63,646 nt of DNA, filler included, from Octopus bimaculoides (GCF_001194135.2; 5 parts of 5 records of this genome joined end to end with filler, not necessarily neighbours in it), one strand, 5' to 3'. Numbered from the whole stretch's first letter, positions 13,557 through 27,043 are shown. The notes: a model not told the origin generated them from the letters alone. A program made the numbers and translations.

Positions 13557-14354
13557 GAATATATTGTGCCAATGGATCAATGTTAACCTGGTGTTAAGTA
13601 ACAGTATAGCAACCACAGCAGCAGTAGTAACGACGGCAACAACAGCATCTGCAGCAGCAACAATAATGCATCCATTCATACACATATATGTACATACATA
13701 GATATACATACAAGCATACTGATTGATAATGAAAATAGCTTATCCTAAACCTTTGTTTGACTTCCTAAACTTTTGTGACCTAATGTAAATCTGATAGCTG
13801 TAACGGAATTCTTGTTCATACGTAAACATACACACTCACATACACACCATAAATCCATTATATATATATATGTGTGTGCGTGTGCGTGTGTGTGTGAATG
13901 TGTGTGTGTGTGTGCGTGAGTGTGCGTGTGTGTGCGTGTGTGTTTTTCCCTTGTTAACAATATATATANNNNNNNNNNTACATATATATATATATTGTTA
14001 ACAAGGGAAAAACACACACACATATATATATATGCGTGTTAGAGAGATAGATAGATAGATAGATAGATATGTCTGTCTGTATATTTAAATATGAATACAT
14101 ATAACAGTATTTGATTAAAGTTACGATGTCTAACATTTGTTGTCTGTATATATGTGCAAACATAGAACAGCGTTAACTGACATATTTTGTCTGTGAGAAA
14201 CTTCTCTTAAGAGACTTTGTGTTTTAAAAACAAAGAGCTTGCTCAGATTATCGACGGCGAGCGTCTAAAACAAAATATTTCAGGGAGCACCGTTCTATAT
14301 TTGTATATACATCGTAAATGTGATTTACACATAGTTATTTATATCTTTTATCTT

Positions 14355-14550
14355 TCACTTACGTCAGTCATTGCACTGCGGCCATGCTGGAGTACCGCCT
14401 TCAAGAGCTTTAGTTGTACGTATTGATACCAGTAATATTTTTTTTTTTTTTTTTTTTTACAGCCTGGTACTTATTCTGTCGGTCGCATTCTCCGAACCGC
14501 TAATTTATGAGGACTTCAACAAACCAACACTTGTTGCCAAGCGGTGGTGC
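14355..14550 (-). mobile_element. SINE family B, 3' half, degenerate
   Basis: cagtcattgcactgcggccatgctggagtaccgcc...ggtacttattctgtcggtc..ccgaaccgctaa matches the reverse complement of 15230-15400. Confidence 0.85.
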
Positions 14551-14879
14551 AGTGTCAAGCAAAAAAACACACACACACACATACCCACACACACACACAC
14601 ATACACACACATACACACACACACACACACACACGCATACACACACACACACACACACAACTGATGGCCAGCTGGCCTAGTAGTTATGGTGTTGCACTCA
14701 TATTCGCGAGATCGTGGTTTCACTTCTTCGACCGGGTGGTACGTTGCTTTCTTGACCATCATTCAGTTACCATCTAACAGATCCACTCACAAAGGCCTGG
14801 TTGGGACGGGGACTAGAATAAAACTATATTGTAGGGATGCAAACCTCTTAGCACGCTGCCACGCCTGCATCTCTGTACA

Positions 14880-15023
14880 TTGCTTACCAACCACATGGTT
14901 CCGGGTTCAGTCCCACTGCGTGGCACCTTGGGCAAGTGTCTTGTACTATAGCCTCGGGCCGACCAAAGCCTTTTGAGTGGATTTGGTAGACGGAAACTGA
15001 AAGAAGCCCGTCGTATATATGTA

Positions 15024-15058
<35 letters not shown>

Positions 15059-15411
15059 NNNNNNNNNNNNNNNNNNNNNNNNNNNNNNNNNNNNNNNNNN
15101 NNNNNNNNNNNNNNNNNNNNNNNNNNNNNNNNNNNNNNNNNNNNNNNNNNNNNNNNNNNNNNNNNNNNNNNNNNNNNNTGTGTGTGTGTGTGTTTGTGTG
15201 TCTGTGTTTGTCCCCCCACCATCGCTTGACAACCGATGCTGGTGTGTTTACGTCCCCGTAACTTAGCGGTTCGGCAAAAAGAGACCGACAGAATAAGTAC
15301 TAGGCTTACAAAGAATAAGTCCCGGGGTCGATTTGCTCGACTAAAGGCGGTGCTCCAGCATGGCCGCAGTCAAATGACTGAAACAAGTAAAAGAGTAAAA
15401 GAGTATAAAAG
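14880..15411 (+). mobile_element. SINE family B, near full length, with internal (TA)n/(TG)n microsatellite spanning a gap
   Basis: B-box-like ggttccgggttcagtccc, body ...ggatttggtagacggaaactgaaagaagcccgtcg, internal microsatellite, 3' part ending gcggtgctccagcatggccgcagtcaaatgactgaaacaag(taaaagag)2. Confidence 0.9.
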
Positions 15412-15703
15412 ACATACATACATACATACATACATAGAAACGTACGTACATACATACATACATACATACATACATACATACATACACACATACATCCATA
15501 CATACAAACGAACGTAGATACATACGTACGTACGTTCGTACATATATACATTCATATATATGTACATACATACGTACATACATACATACATTCATATAAA
15601 TGTACATACATACATACATATATACGTACGTACGTATATACATACATACATACATTCATATATACGTACGTACATACATACATATTACGTACGTATGTAT
15701 GTG

Positions 15704-15746
<43 letters not shown>

Positions 15747-15897
15747 GTCCACCCATACATTCATACGTACGTACATATATACTTACGTACGCACGTGCGT
15801 ACATACATACATGCATACATACGTACGTAGATACATACATACAAACGTATCTATCTATCTACCTACCTACCTGTCTGTCTGTCTATCTATCTATCTA
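15412..15897. repeat. Complex (TACA/TACG/TA/TATC)n microsatellite field
   Basis: Continuous degenerate tetranucleotide repeats. Confidence 0.9.
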
Positions 15898-17801
15898 AGG
15901 CGGGTAAAATTCCCGATACCTATGGACGAATTTTCTCCTGAGGTCTTTGTCCCTCATCATCGCTGATGATGCATTAGGTTATGTGCCAACAAATTTGCAC
16001 TAAAACCTAGAAATACTTGGTTTTACGGAGAGAATAAAACAAAAGAAACTGATGCAGATTCTCCAAATCTAATCTATTAGTGGTACAAGTGAAGATTTAT
16101 AATACATTCTAAAAATTCTTCATCTGAGATTCTTAAGCGAACAGAAGCACACACTTGGCTGTATGCATCGACACTTCAACCAACAGAATAACTTAACCAA
16201 ATATTTACAAACATGGGGAACTCTCTTAACTCAAAATGTCTTGCCGCTTTGTTAGCGATCGGCTTGAACTCTCTTAAGAACTTAAATTGAAGTCAAAGAA
16301 AAAAATCATACATACATGCATGCCTACACACATACATATATACATATACATATATATATATATAAATACACACACATATGAGTGTGTGTGTTTGTGTATA
16401 TGTGTGTGCGTGCCTTAATTCTTCGAAACGCCGGGGTTTTAATGGTGGCAGCTGATGAAGGAGATGTTTCTATGTGGCCTGCTTGTTTGTTGCACCTTGT
16501 TTACCATTTTGTCCATGTTCTTTTGTCACGTCATGTACCCAGTTATGTATCTATATGTACATGTGGATGAAGGTATATACATACATGTACATATATATGC
16601 ATATACTCATATATTNNNNNNNNNNNNNNNNNNNNNNNNNNNNNNNNNNNNNNNNNNNNNNNNNNNNNNNNNNNNNNNNNNNNNNNNNNNNNNNNNNNNN
16701 NNNNNNNNNNNNNNNNNNNNNNNNNNNNNNNNNNNNNNNNNNNNNNNNNNNNNNNNNNNNNNNNNNNNNNNNNNNNNNNNNNNNNNNNNNNNNNNNNNNN
16801 NNNNNNNNNNNNNNNNNNNNNNNNNNNNNNNNNNNNNNNNNNNNNNNNNNNNNNNNNNNNNNNNNNNNNNNNNNNNNNNNNNNNNNNNNNNNNNNNNNNN
16901 NNNNNNNNNNNNNNNNNNNNNNNNNNNNNNNNNNNNNNNNNNNNNNNNNNNNNNNNNNNNNNNNNNNNNNNNNNNNNNNNNNNNNNNNNNNNNNNNNNNN
17001 NNNNNNNNNNNNNNNNNNNNNNNNNGTGGTGGTGGTGGTGGTGATGGTGGTGATAGAGGGGATGACGACGGCGGCATCTTTTACAGCCTTGTGCAACCTG
17101 GATGTTGTTATCTATGGTGATCTCTTTCAGAGTTGATGCCTGTTGTATAGGTTAATGTTACAATAAACGTTATAGATTCTTCCTACTGGTTACTTTCTTC
17201 ATATCTTCTCAACCCGACCTTAGATTTCAAACATATATAATTGAAAGGAATCCCCACTTTCTCTCTCACCTTCTCTCTCTCTCTCAGCCTCTCCCCCCTC
17301 TCTCTCGCTCTCTCTTTCACTTACTCTCACTTTGTTTTCCTTCATTTTATTTCCTTTCCCGTCTGTTTTCTTTACCTCTTTCTCTTTCTTATACCCTTTC
17401 ATTCATTACTATCTTTCTTTCTCCTTTTCCCTTTTGTTTTGCTTTCTACCTCAATTCATCCATCCAATCAGTTACGATGTGTTTCGCTTTTCCACTAATT
17501 TCTATGAAGCATTCAATGTTTATATAGTGACGTAGACAAAGAAGGAAGTTCAGATACTTTTTAAGAAATGGTCAGCCGAACAAAATCAAACGAAAGCTTA
17601 AAATAGAACGAAACGAAAAGGAAAAAAAAAAAAAAAAAAAAGAAGTGACGGAAAAAAATGTCATTGGAATTCAGCTCAGCCATAAGATTATTCCGAATTG
17701 ATATGATAAGCAATATTTGAATTTCTTTTCTTTGTTTATTCCCTATATTTTTCTATTTCTATACCATTCGTATTTCTTTTTTCTTTTCACATTATTGAAA
17801 A

Positions 17802-18234
17802 ATGTCAAGATCAAAGCGTAAACGGAGAGCTTGTTTGAAAGCGTACTGGTGTCTCGGATTGGTTTTACTATGTTTCAAGAAATTATTCATGTTTCTCTTT
17901 TCCCACGTTGGTTTAACGGGTTGCGTGGTTGGGTACAGCATTCTGGGTGGATGGATATTTCGAGGATTGGAAGGTAACCATGAACGAGATATTAGAAAAC
18001 AAGCCGAGAAAATGAGGGAAAAATATACATTGAAGTTACTAAAGTTTTCAGAAAATGATGACAGTTTATCTGAAAACGATTTTGAAAATATTACTATTTT
18101 AGTTAAGGAATTTGAAGAAGAAATTGTGCACTTTACAGAATCAACTGGATGGAATGGACTCGATAGTGACAGTGAACTTCAGTGGTCATTTGCTGGTTCT
18201 CTGCTATTTTCTGTAACAGTAATTACTACTATAG
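17802..18234 (+). CDS. Two-pore-domain potassium channel (K2P, invertebrate TWK/KCNK-like), first coding exon: M1, extracellular cap and P1 pore helix
   Basis: FLFSHVGLTGCVVGYSILGGWIFRGLE (M1), helical cap, WSFAGSLLFSVTVITTIG (P1). The exon ends ATA G|GTAAGT, a phase-1 GT donor at 18235 splitting the GYG filter. The ATG start is not verified and the orthologue is not determined. Confidence 0.93.
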
Positions 18235-19144
18235 GTAAGTAAATTCGATGTTTCTTTATTTCTTATTGTTTTTTGGTATTTTGTATTTTTCTTTGTGTGT
18301 GTGGTTTATGTCACTTGTAAATATAATGTTTCAAAACGTTTTAAAAATTGTCATTATGCGTGTATATATATATGTATATATATATGGGAGAATATACAAA
18401 AAATAACAACAGACGAGGACAGGTGGTGTAAATAACAAAAGTATATATTAGTATGACGCTCGGGAATACGGAAAGTCTTTGACGTTTCGAGCTACGCTCT
18501 TCAACAGAAAGAATACGGAGACAAGGAGAAAAACACGGAGAAAAAGGATGATAAAGGAGGTTTACAAAAGTGGAAAAGTTCAAAAGTTTTTTAGACGTCG
18601 TGGTATATTGAAGCGATTTCCAATCAGAAGATGGGTCCAGTGTAAATCCGTGGGTAGGAGAGGTGCAGCCGGAGGGTATAAAGTTCAGAATCAAACAGTC
18701 CAGATCCANNNNNNNNNNNNNNNNNNNNNNNNNNNNNNNNNNNNNNNNNNNNNNNNNNNNNNNNNNNNNNNNNNNNNNNNNNNNNNNNNNNNNNNNNNNN
18801 NNNNNNNNNNNNNNNNNNNNNNNNNNNNNNNNNNNNNNNNNNNNNNNNNNNNNNNNNNNNNNNNNNNNNNNNNNNNNNNNNNNNNNNNNNNNNNNNNNNN
18901 NNNNNNNNNNNNNNNNNNNNNNNNNNNNNNNNNNNNNNNNNNNNNNNNNNNNNNNNNNNNNNNNNNNNNNNNNNNNNNNNNNNNNNNNNNNNNNNNNNNN
19001 NNNNNNNNNNNNNNNNNNNNNNNNNNNNNNNNNNNNNNNNNNNNNNNNNNNNNNNNNNNNNNNNNNNNNNNNNNNNNNNNNNNNNNNNNNNNNNNNNNNN
19101 NNNNNNNNNNNNNNNNNNNNNNNNNNNNNNNNNNNNNNNNNNNN

Positions 19145-19192
<48 letters not shown>

Positions 19193-19237
19193 GATGTAAG
19201 TGTATATATACATATATGTATATATAAACACACACAT

Positions 19238-19268
<31 letters not shown>

Positions 19269-19574
19269 AAGAGGGAGAGATAGACAGAGACAGAGAGATA
19301 CATACATATATACATACATATAAACACACAGATATACATATGTATGCCTGTGTGCGTATGTGTATATGTGATGACCTTCAATATAGTATAGTGTATAGTA
19401 ACACCATCAAACGTTAGATAACATTTAAAGAAGATAAATAACATGCCACGCGTGCATTATGTATCTAAAAAAGATACGAATTCCCTATTGGATGCTTTAT
19501 TTATTTGGAACATAGATGTTCTTAGCGCAATAACTTTTGGAGATTTAATTTAGCCTAGCTTAGTTTTCTTGTAT

Positions 19575-19625
19575 TCCATGAATATATTATTATTACTATT
19601 ATTATCATTATTATTATTATGATTA

Positions 19626-19701
<76 letters not shown>
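19575..19701. repeat. (TTA)n microsatellite
   Basis: Tandem TTA. Confidence 0.95.
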
Positions 19702-19702
<1 letters not shown>

Positions 19703-20420
19703 TTATGTTTGATTTTTGTTTTGCATTTGTACAAGTTGGATCCAAGTCTCACACAGAGACCTCAAGAGACAACAAGTTAGAAGTTCATGTAGATGTTATG
19801 CCTAGGGTACCATATATTTGGATTTGTACAGTTTTGTTCAAGTGAATGTTTAAGAAACCATAAGAAAATTATGTTTGCTTTAAAATTTGAGATCACATAG
19901 ACAGTATTTTACGTAGGATATGGGCAGTTCCCATGAGCACTNNNNNNNNNNNNNNNNNNNNNNNNNNNNNNNNNNNNNNNNNNNNNNNNNNNNNNNNNNN
20001 NNNNNNNNNNNNNNNNNNNNNNNNNNNNNNNNNNNNNNNNNNNNNNNNNNNNNNNNNNNNNNNNNNNNNNNNNNNNNNNNNNNNNNNNNNNNNNNNNNNN
20101 NNNNNNNNNNNNNNNNNNNNNNNNNNNNNNNNNNNNNNNNNNNNNNNNNNNNNNNNNNNNNNNNNNNNNNNNNNNNNNNNNNNNNNNNNNNNNNNNNNNN
20201 NNNNNNNNNNNNNNNNNNNNNNNNNNNNNNNNNNNNNNNNNNNNNNNNNNNNNNNNNNNNNNNNNNNNNNNNNNNNNNNNNNNNNNNNNNNNNNNNNNNN
20301 NNNNNNNNNNNNNNNNNNNNNNNNNNNNNNNNNNNNNNNNNNNNNNNNNNNNNNNNNNNNNNNNNNNNNNNNNNNNNNNNNNNNNNNNNNNNNNNNNNNN
20401 NNNNNNNGTGTTCCCACCAG

Positions 20421-20423
<3 letters not shown>
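19702..20423 (-). mobile_element. R4/Dong-type non-LTR retrotransposon 3' end (subfamily A), mostly hidden by a gap
   Basis: Minus strand VLMGTAHILRKILSM* (R4/Dong-type ORF terminus), 3' UTR ..gaggtctctgtgtgagacttgga...aaaatcaaacataaaa running into (TAA)n; TAA tracts on both sides. Confidence 0.75.
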
Positions 20424-21317
<894 letters not shown>

Positions 21318-21319
<2 letters not shown>

Positions 21320-22125
21320 GAAAACTCAGCTTATTTTGCTGGGTATGATGGAAAGAGTCGGCTGTCCACAGCCATCAGATTAAGCTGACATTTGTTTACT
21401 GGTTATGCTTCAAGAACCCTATGAAGAATTCTTGCAGTTCCAAGCAATGCTGATTTTTGGAGGTATCTCTACCTTCACACATGTACCAACCTTTTTCAGC
21501 CATGTTGGTAGTTGAGTGCTGATACTTCCAAGTGCACCAGTTATTGTTGGTATCACGTCTACTCTCCTCATTGTCTATAACCTTCGTATTTCCCACTTCA
21601 AATCGCCATAGTTGTTTATTTATTCTTCTTCTTTCACATTGATGCTGTTGTCATCGGGGCATGCTATGCCGATTATCTACATGTTCTTTCTTTTTATTCA
21701 CCACAACAATGTCTGGTTTCCGATATCTTGTCAGGTGATCGAACTGGATCATTGCATCCCACAGGATTTTGCAATTCTCATTTTTGGTGACTCCTTCTTG
21801 GGTTTTCTCATACCACGTCTTTGCTTTTGTAGGCCGAGATTTTCAGAGAGCTCCCAATGGATCATTCTTGCCACGTTGTCATAGCGTCTTTTGAATTTAC
21901 GTTGTGTCAATTTCGGGAACTCACCTCTCACCACATATTCTGCGTTTGTCGCTATCGGTAGTGTTGTTTATTCTGCACTTCACATAACTAACCCTTAACG
22001 TTTGTTCTTGAGCTGCGCATATGAATGCTTCTGTCTTTTTCTTCAAGTCACTCCTCCTCATCCATAGCTACAGGTCCTCTGTATCCGTTTTGGTGTTCAC
22101 ATCTCTTGCAAACTGACCGTTTTTT
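21318..22125 (-). mobile_element. R4/Dong-clade non-LTR retrotransposon 3' fragment (subfamily B): zinc-knuckle region and restriction-like endonuclease
   Basis: Minus strand GQFARD..LWMRRSDLKKKTEAFICAAQEQTL..RICGER / PKLTQRKFKRRYDNVARMIHWEL / ENENCKILWD..RKPDIVV / GDLKWEIRRL..VDVIP..IGALG / QKSALLGTARILHRVLEA*, then a short UTR and (TAA)n; frameshifted. Confidence 0.9.
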
Positions 22126-22149
22126 TTTTTTGCTTCCATACTTTTTGTT

Positions 22150-22183
<34 letters not shown>

Positions 22184-22184
<1 letters not shown>

Positions 22185-22478
22185 TGAGTGAGAGAACAGC
22201 GCATGCCATCAAAATAACACTGAGAGTCACATATACGAGGTCCAATATATCTATCGTAACTACCCGATGGGTAATCATGCTGGGCACATGCATCACAGCC
22301 ACATGCATCACTTGCATATGTGCGTGACATTGTGATCTCATATCAAGATAAACAGTGCATTACCTTGCAGGTAGGGGCACACTTAGAATTTTCTTCAGGT
22401 CGAGTAGCCCAACATGTACGTGATAAGACTTCCAATCAGTTCAGATCAGAAACCACGAGAGCCTGTATCTGGTATTGC
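22184..22478 (-). mobile_element. Element D, internally deleted copy
   Basis: Matches 20518-20720, then jumps to the segment matching ~20995-21060; preceded on + by (TCA)n. Confidence 0.85.
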
Positions 22479-22491
22479 TGTTACCATTTAG

Positions 22492-22650
22492 ACAGCAAGC
22501 TAACAGAATCGTTAGCGCGCGTTCTACGCTTAAATCCTGCGAAAGTCAGCTTCACCTTTTTATCTTTTCGGTGTCGATAAAATGAGTAACGGTCAGTCAC
22601 TGGCAACAATATAATCGACTAGCTCCACTACCACTAAATTTCAGGCAGTA
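22492..22650 (+). mobile_element. SINE family A, degenerate deleted copy
   Basis: gctaacagaatcgttagcgcgc...tcttttcggtgtcgataaaatgagta...aatcgact. Confidence 0.7.
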
Positions 22651-22768
22651 TGGCTATATTACAAATATTTCTAATCATTAATTAGAAATAGCATTCAGTA
22701 TGAACCTTCTTGCTCTAATTGATCTTATTTCTCAACAGGTCTTTTTCTTTTTTCTTATGTACATGAAC

Positions 22769-22962
22769 TTCTTTATTGTAACCTTCGTTGCTCTAACTTA
22801 CTTGTTCTCAACTCACTTCCGCTAAACTTTCTTACTCTAACTTTCCCCACACTAAAGTTCCTTGCTCTAAAATTATTTATTATGAACTTCCTTATTCTGT
22901 CCATGCTTGCACTAAACATGTTCATTTTAACCTTCTCTTCTCTTATCTTCCCTATTCTAACC
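22769..22962. repeat. Degenerate 15-bp minisatellite (consensus ~TTCCTTGCTCTAAAC), ~13 units
   Basis: Units in phase at 22798, 22813, 22828, 22843, 22858 ... 22948. Confidence 0.8.
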
Positions 22963-23318
22963 AAGTTAGCTATTTGTGTTGATGTATCATTCTTGACTTT
23001 GTTTTTTCCTTTCTTACGATAATCAACCCATAATAATTCTAAACTCTAATCTTTCTTGCTCCATGTTGTTATATTTAAATTGGACATTGTTTGTGATATT
23101 ATTAATCCGTCTGGAATAATTGATACTTTGTTTTAGAGATCATAATTAAAATTGTTGATGCAGACTGTTCACAGTAATATCCTGTCTAGTTCTTTATCAT
23201 TTAATTTTCTCAATTCGTTTAATCATCTTCTCATGATATTGAGACTCTTATATACGCAGTATATCAAAAGAATTCAATTTCACCTCATTATCGTCAGTTA
23301 ATACTTATTTACGTACAT

Positions 23319-23540
23319 AAGGCGGTGAGCTAGCAGAATCGTTAACAAGCCGGGCAAAATGCTTAGCGGCATTCCGTCTGTCTGCTCATTCTGAGTTCAA
23401 ATTCCGCCGAGGTCGACTGTGCCTTTCAGCCTTTCGATGTCGATAAAACAAGTACCAGCTGAGCAGTGGTGTCGATGTATTCGGCTACCCCCACCGCCAC
23501 CCGAACTTGATGGTCTTTTACCAAAATTAGAAATCAATGT
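23319..23540 (+). mobile_element. SINE family A, full-length copy
   Basis: aaggcggtgagctagcagaatcgttaac...ttctgagttcaaattccgccgaggtcgac...aagtaccagctgagca...ccaaaattagaaatcaat. Confidence 0.9.
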
Positions 23541-23789
23541 CTATTCATGATTTGTTATTATAAAATGAAATTTCTATGAAGAATATGAGTACCAAGCCAT
23601 AATAATCTCTGACTGGTATCACAGCATTCGGGAATATATTTATATTGACCTCATAAACAGTAGACAGCTATTTATTTCATCAACCCTGGTAAATGAAATA
23701 TGGTAAGTCGATCGTTAACAGACGTATTGAAATATCATTTTGCATTTGGAACGATGGTCAACGGATTCTGCCATTATAGCCTAATGTTT

Positions 23790-24255
23790 CATCTTATCTT
23801 TTACGTGTGCCAGTCATTGGGCAACATCTTGAAGGGTTTAGTTGAACGAATCGGCTCTAGAACTTACTTTTTAAACAGTGATAATTATTCTATAGATCAC
23901 TTTTGCCGAACTCGTAGGTTATGGTGACATAAAGAAACACCGGTTTTCAAGTGGTAGAGGAGGACAAAGATGAAAATAACCATACACACACACACACACA
24001 CTTGTCCATAGTTCAAATTTATAGAAAGTCAAAGACGAAGACATCTGTAAGAAGTACAAGCAGATATTGTTTGGCGCAATACAGAAAGGAATAAGAGGAA
24101 ACAGAGAAAATGAAAAACAAAAACGTGTTGAATTCAGTGGTCCAACATAGTGAATCGTGTGTGTGTATTCACGTCCGGTTTCTTTCAGTTTTCGTAGACC
24201 AACTCTACTCACAAGTCTTTGGTCGGCTCAAGGCTAAAACAGATGACGTTTACGA
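23790..24255 (-). mobile_element. SINE family B, old degenerate copy in two pieces
   Basis: 3' half ~23790-23990 (ttttgccgaactcgtaggttatggtgacataaa) and 5' body ~24170-24250 (tttctttcagttttcgtagaccaactctactcacaagtctttggtcggctcaaggct). Confidence 0.7.
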
Positions 24256-25112
24256 TGTCCAATGTGTCCTTTCCACATGAAAGTGATTCCACTCTTTGTT
24301 TTCACCTTCGAGATATTGTAAATATTGTTAAAATAATATTGGCTAAATCAAATTTTACTAATATTATAAATTCATTAAAACAAAGCCCTTAACGTTATTT
24401 TTCCTAAATTAAAATTAGAAATCCTGTTTTACGGATGTTGATTTCAAAATTTTGTTATGAATACTTCCTATTCAGGATTTTAAATAATCCTTGTTTACTG
24501 GGATCAGTTATTTCCTATCCTATCTGTGACATTTCTAAATTATATTGCCTACTTCAGATTTTAGCATATACTGAATTGCATTAGAAAAAAGACTACACTA
24601 TTATTCTACCAAACATAATTTTCCTCTTATCTGTTAGCTACAGGTTTCTTTGCTTGTTTTGTACTTTTGACGATCAAACGATTTAAAATTTTGAACTTTG
24701 AATGCTTTTAAGCTATATATCTCAATGGCGATCTGCTTTAAAACTCCGGTCAGATTAAATGTTGCTGCTGTAGTTCTAGCTGATTTTTGCTGTCTGTGAT
24801 GGTGGTAGTGGTGGAGGCGGTTCTTTCCTCCTTAGACTTGGTTCATAAAAATACGTCGTAGCATGGCAATCACGTCATGATACATATATGCGCGAGAGCA
24901 CGCCCACACATACAGACATATCTGTAGATAAATGAAATAGAAATATTGATAAATAGCTAGAATACATACATACAAACATACATACATACATGCATGCATA
25001 CATACACGCATAATACATACATACATACATACATATAGGTGTTTAAATGCATGTATGAATGCATATATATGTGTGCGTGTGTATATGTGTGTTTGCGAGC
25101 GCACGTGTGTGT

Positions 25113-25215
25113 AGGCGCAAGCGTGGCTATGTGGTAAGACGCTTACTTCCCAACCATATGGTTCCGGGTTCAATCCCATTACATAGCACCTTGAGTAAGT
25201 ATCTCCTATAATAGC
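25113..25215 (+). mobile_element. SINE family B head fragment
   Basis: aggcgcaagcgtggctatgtggtaagacgcttacttcccaaccatatggttccgggttcaatccc...gcaccttgagtaagt; A-box and B-box-like motifs. Confidence 0.85.
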
Positions 25216-25355
25216 TAATCTTACCTTAATAAATTTGAGGATTTTTTCATATGGGTTAAACAGAGATGTTATAGAACACATACCAAAAACTCGAATAAAC
25301 TCTGGCTTAAGCGCATGAAACTAAGTCACCAACGGTAACAAAGAACTCTAAAATT

Positions 25356-25597
25356 CAGATTTGTGGCACGAATGTTTGTGTTGGACAGGAGACGCTGTCT
25401 TTTTTTTTTCCGTTTCTCATTTGCAACTAGAAGTCATTTTAGTGGCCAGGCAAGCTAGTGTGATGTTATTGGTTTGAGGGCTTTCAAATAACTAGTGTTA
25501 TTGGTTTGAGGGCTCTTTCAGTGTCGTACGGATGGATATTAGTAAAATATTCACGGAAACCATCACCCAGATGACGATGTTCAACACCTGTATAGAA
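25356..25597 (+). repeat. Copy 1 of a ~215-240-bp local direct repeat
   Basis: Aligns with 26831-27043; carries an extra internal duplication of tgttattggtttgagggct (25464-25482, 25496-25514). Confidence 0.9.
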
Positions 25598-26109
25598 AAT
25601 CTATCGCTAATAAAGTTTCGAAACTTGAAGTCCAGCAAACACACAAACACACACGGACATACACACAAACATGCACTCACACACATATGCACACGCTCTC
25701 TTTCTCCTTCACACATGCACTCACACACACACAAACACGCACTCACGCACACACACATTAAATATGCTAATACCCACACTTCTGATAGAAATATTCTGCC
25801 CGCTGTTTTTTAAATTTTCTTGACCCTGCCATATGGACAACCTCAGCGAAAGCAATACAAGTTTTTGAATAACAGAATGCACGGATACTTCTGACCACTG
25901 GGAATGCAGTCAGCTATCAATCGGCTCGTCGGAACCTTATCTAAGTACAACTCTCTCATAGCACTATTATTCACGACGCTATTGTTTACAAAAGAATGAA
26001 TGAGTAAAAGTGAAATCTGAGGAAACGGTGTTTACAACAATTATTTCATTGTAGAGATCATAGATGTGTTAGATGTGTCAGGAATATTCAAGAATATAAA
26101 GTTTCGGAT

Positions 26110-26540
26110 CATTGTACTGAGACTGAGGATGGTAGATAAAATGGTAGCGTTGCTTTCGTTGGAAGCAAGTAAGGAGGAAGCGGAGGAGTCTGAAAGACGT
26201 GGGACGATAGGGTCAAAAGTTTGAGAGATACGAAATGGAAGAAGAGAGAAAGATTCAATGCTTCAGGTGGAGAATTTGCAGAAAGTAAAGGGACTGATAG
26301 ACAAAGAATGTGCAAATCCAGAAACAACAAGTACTTACAGAGAAATGTTTCATTTATAGGGGAAGTGTGATGTGGAGATGGAGGATGCATGTCAGAAGAA
26401 ATCTGAGCACTGTGTGTAGTGTGCCAAGTGAGCGAAGGAGAGGGAAGTTGAGAATGGTAGAGTTAAAGCATAATGCAAGGCCAAGGTAGAAGCTAGAAGA
26501 GAGCGGGAAGAGAAAAGCCGTGAGTTTAGAGAGCAGGGAG
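26110..26540 (-). mobile_element. Possible Penelope-like element remnant (post-RT linker)
   Basis: Pyrimidine-rich minus strand with SSHVFQTPPL resembling the PLE 'hIF..PPl' motif; weak. Confidence 0.3.
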
Positions 26541-26830
26541 CTAATATCAACACAGCATCTAGAAAATATAGCTTCTACGAAAGGCTGGATATTGGTCAGT
26601 AATATAAATCACACATTCATAGATAGCATCCTTCACATGCACATACACATACCCACATTCAAACATACACACATATGTACATACGCAACCAGAAGTATGA
26701 AGGAGAATATGCATTCATATATCCAAGCATACCCGTGACCATTACAAAAAGGCGGTTTGAAAAAAATTTAATTTAAGGAAGGAGTGGAGGTGAATACTGC
26801 GGTTGAATTTAGGAAGGGAGCTGGAGTGCA

Positions 26831-27043
26831 CAGATTTGTGGCGCGAATGTTTGTGTTGAAGAAAAGACGCTTTGTCTTTTTTTTTCCGTTTCTCATTTGC
26901 AACTAGAAGTCATTTTAGTGGCCAGGCAAGCTAGTTTGATGGGTTATTGGTTTGAGGGCTCTCTCGACGTTGTACGGATGGATATCAGTGAAATATTCAC
27001 GGAAACCATCACCCAGATGACGATGTTCAACACCTATATAGAA
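26831..27043 (+). repeat. Copy 2 of the local direct repeat
   Basis: Aligns with 25356-25597. Confidence 0.9.

Noticed and set aside
16452-16480. CTGATGA motif
   Set aside because: No downstream GAAA or stem II
17225-17460. CT/GA-rich tract upstream of the K2P exon as a promoter
   Set aside because: Low-complexity tracts are ubiquitous here and there is no TSS evidence
19915-19940. AG|GA TAT GGG CAG TTC CCA TGA, a K2P exon-2 look-alike (G-Y-G-Q-F-P)
   Set aside because: Stops after 6 codons and is the antisense of the Dong ORF terminus
23916-23975. AG|GT TAT GGT GAC ATA.. (G-Y-G-D-I-K-K-H)
   Set aside because: Lies within an antisense SINE B copy, lacks P.T..G and M2, and hits a stop soon after
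25113-25190. tRNA-like sequences here and at 36330, 53311 and 62850
   Set aside because: They continue into SINE bodies and lack a complete cloverleaf; these are SINE heads, not tRNA genes
25356-27043. LTR retrotransposon or TRIM interpretation of the direct repeats
   Set aside because: No TG..CA termini, PBS, PPT or TSD found
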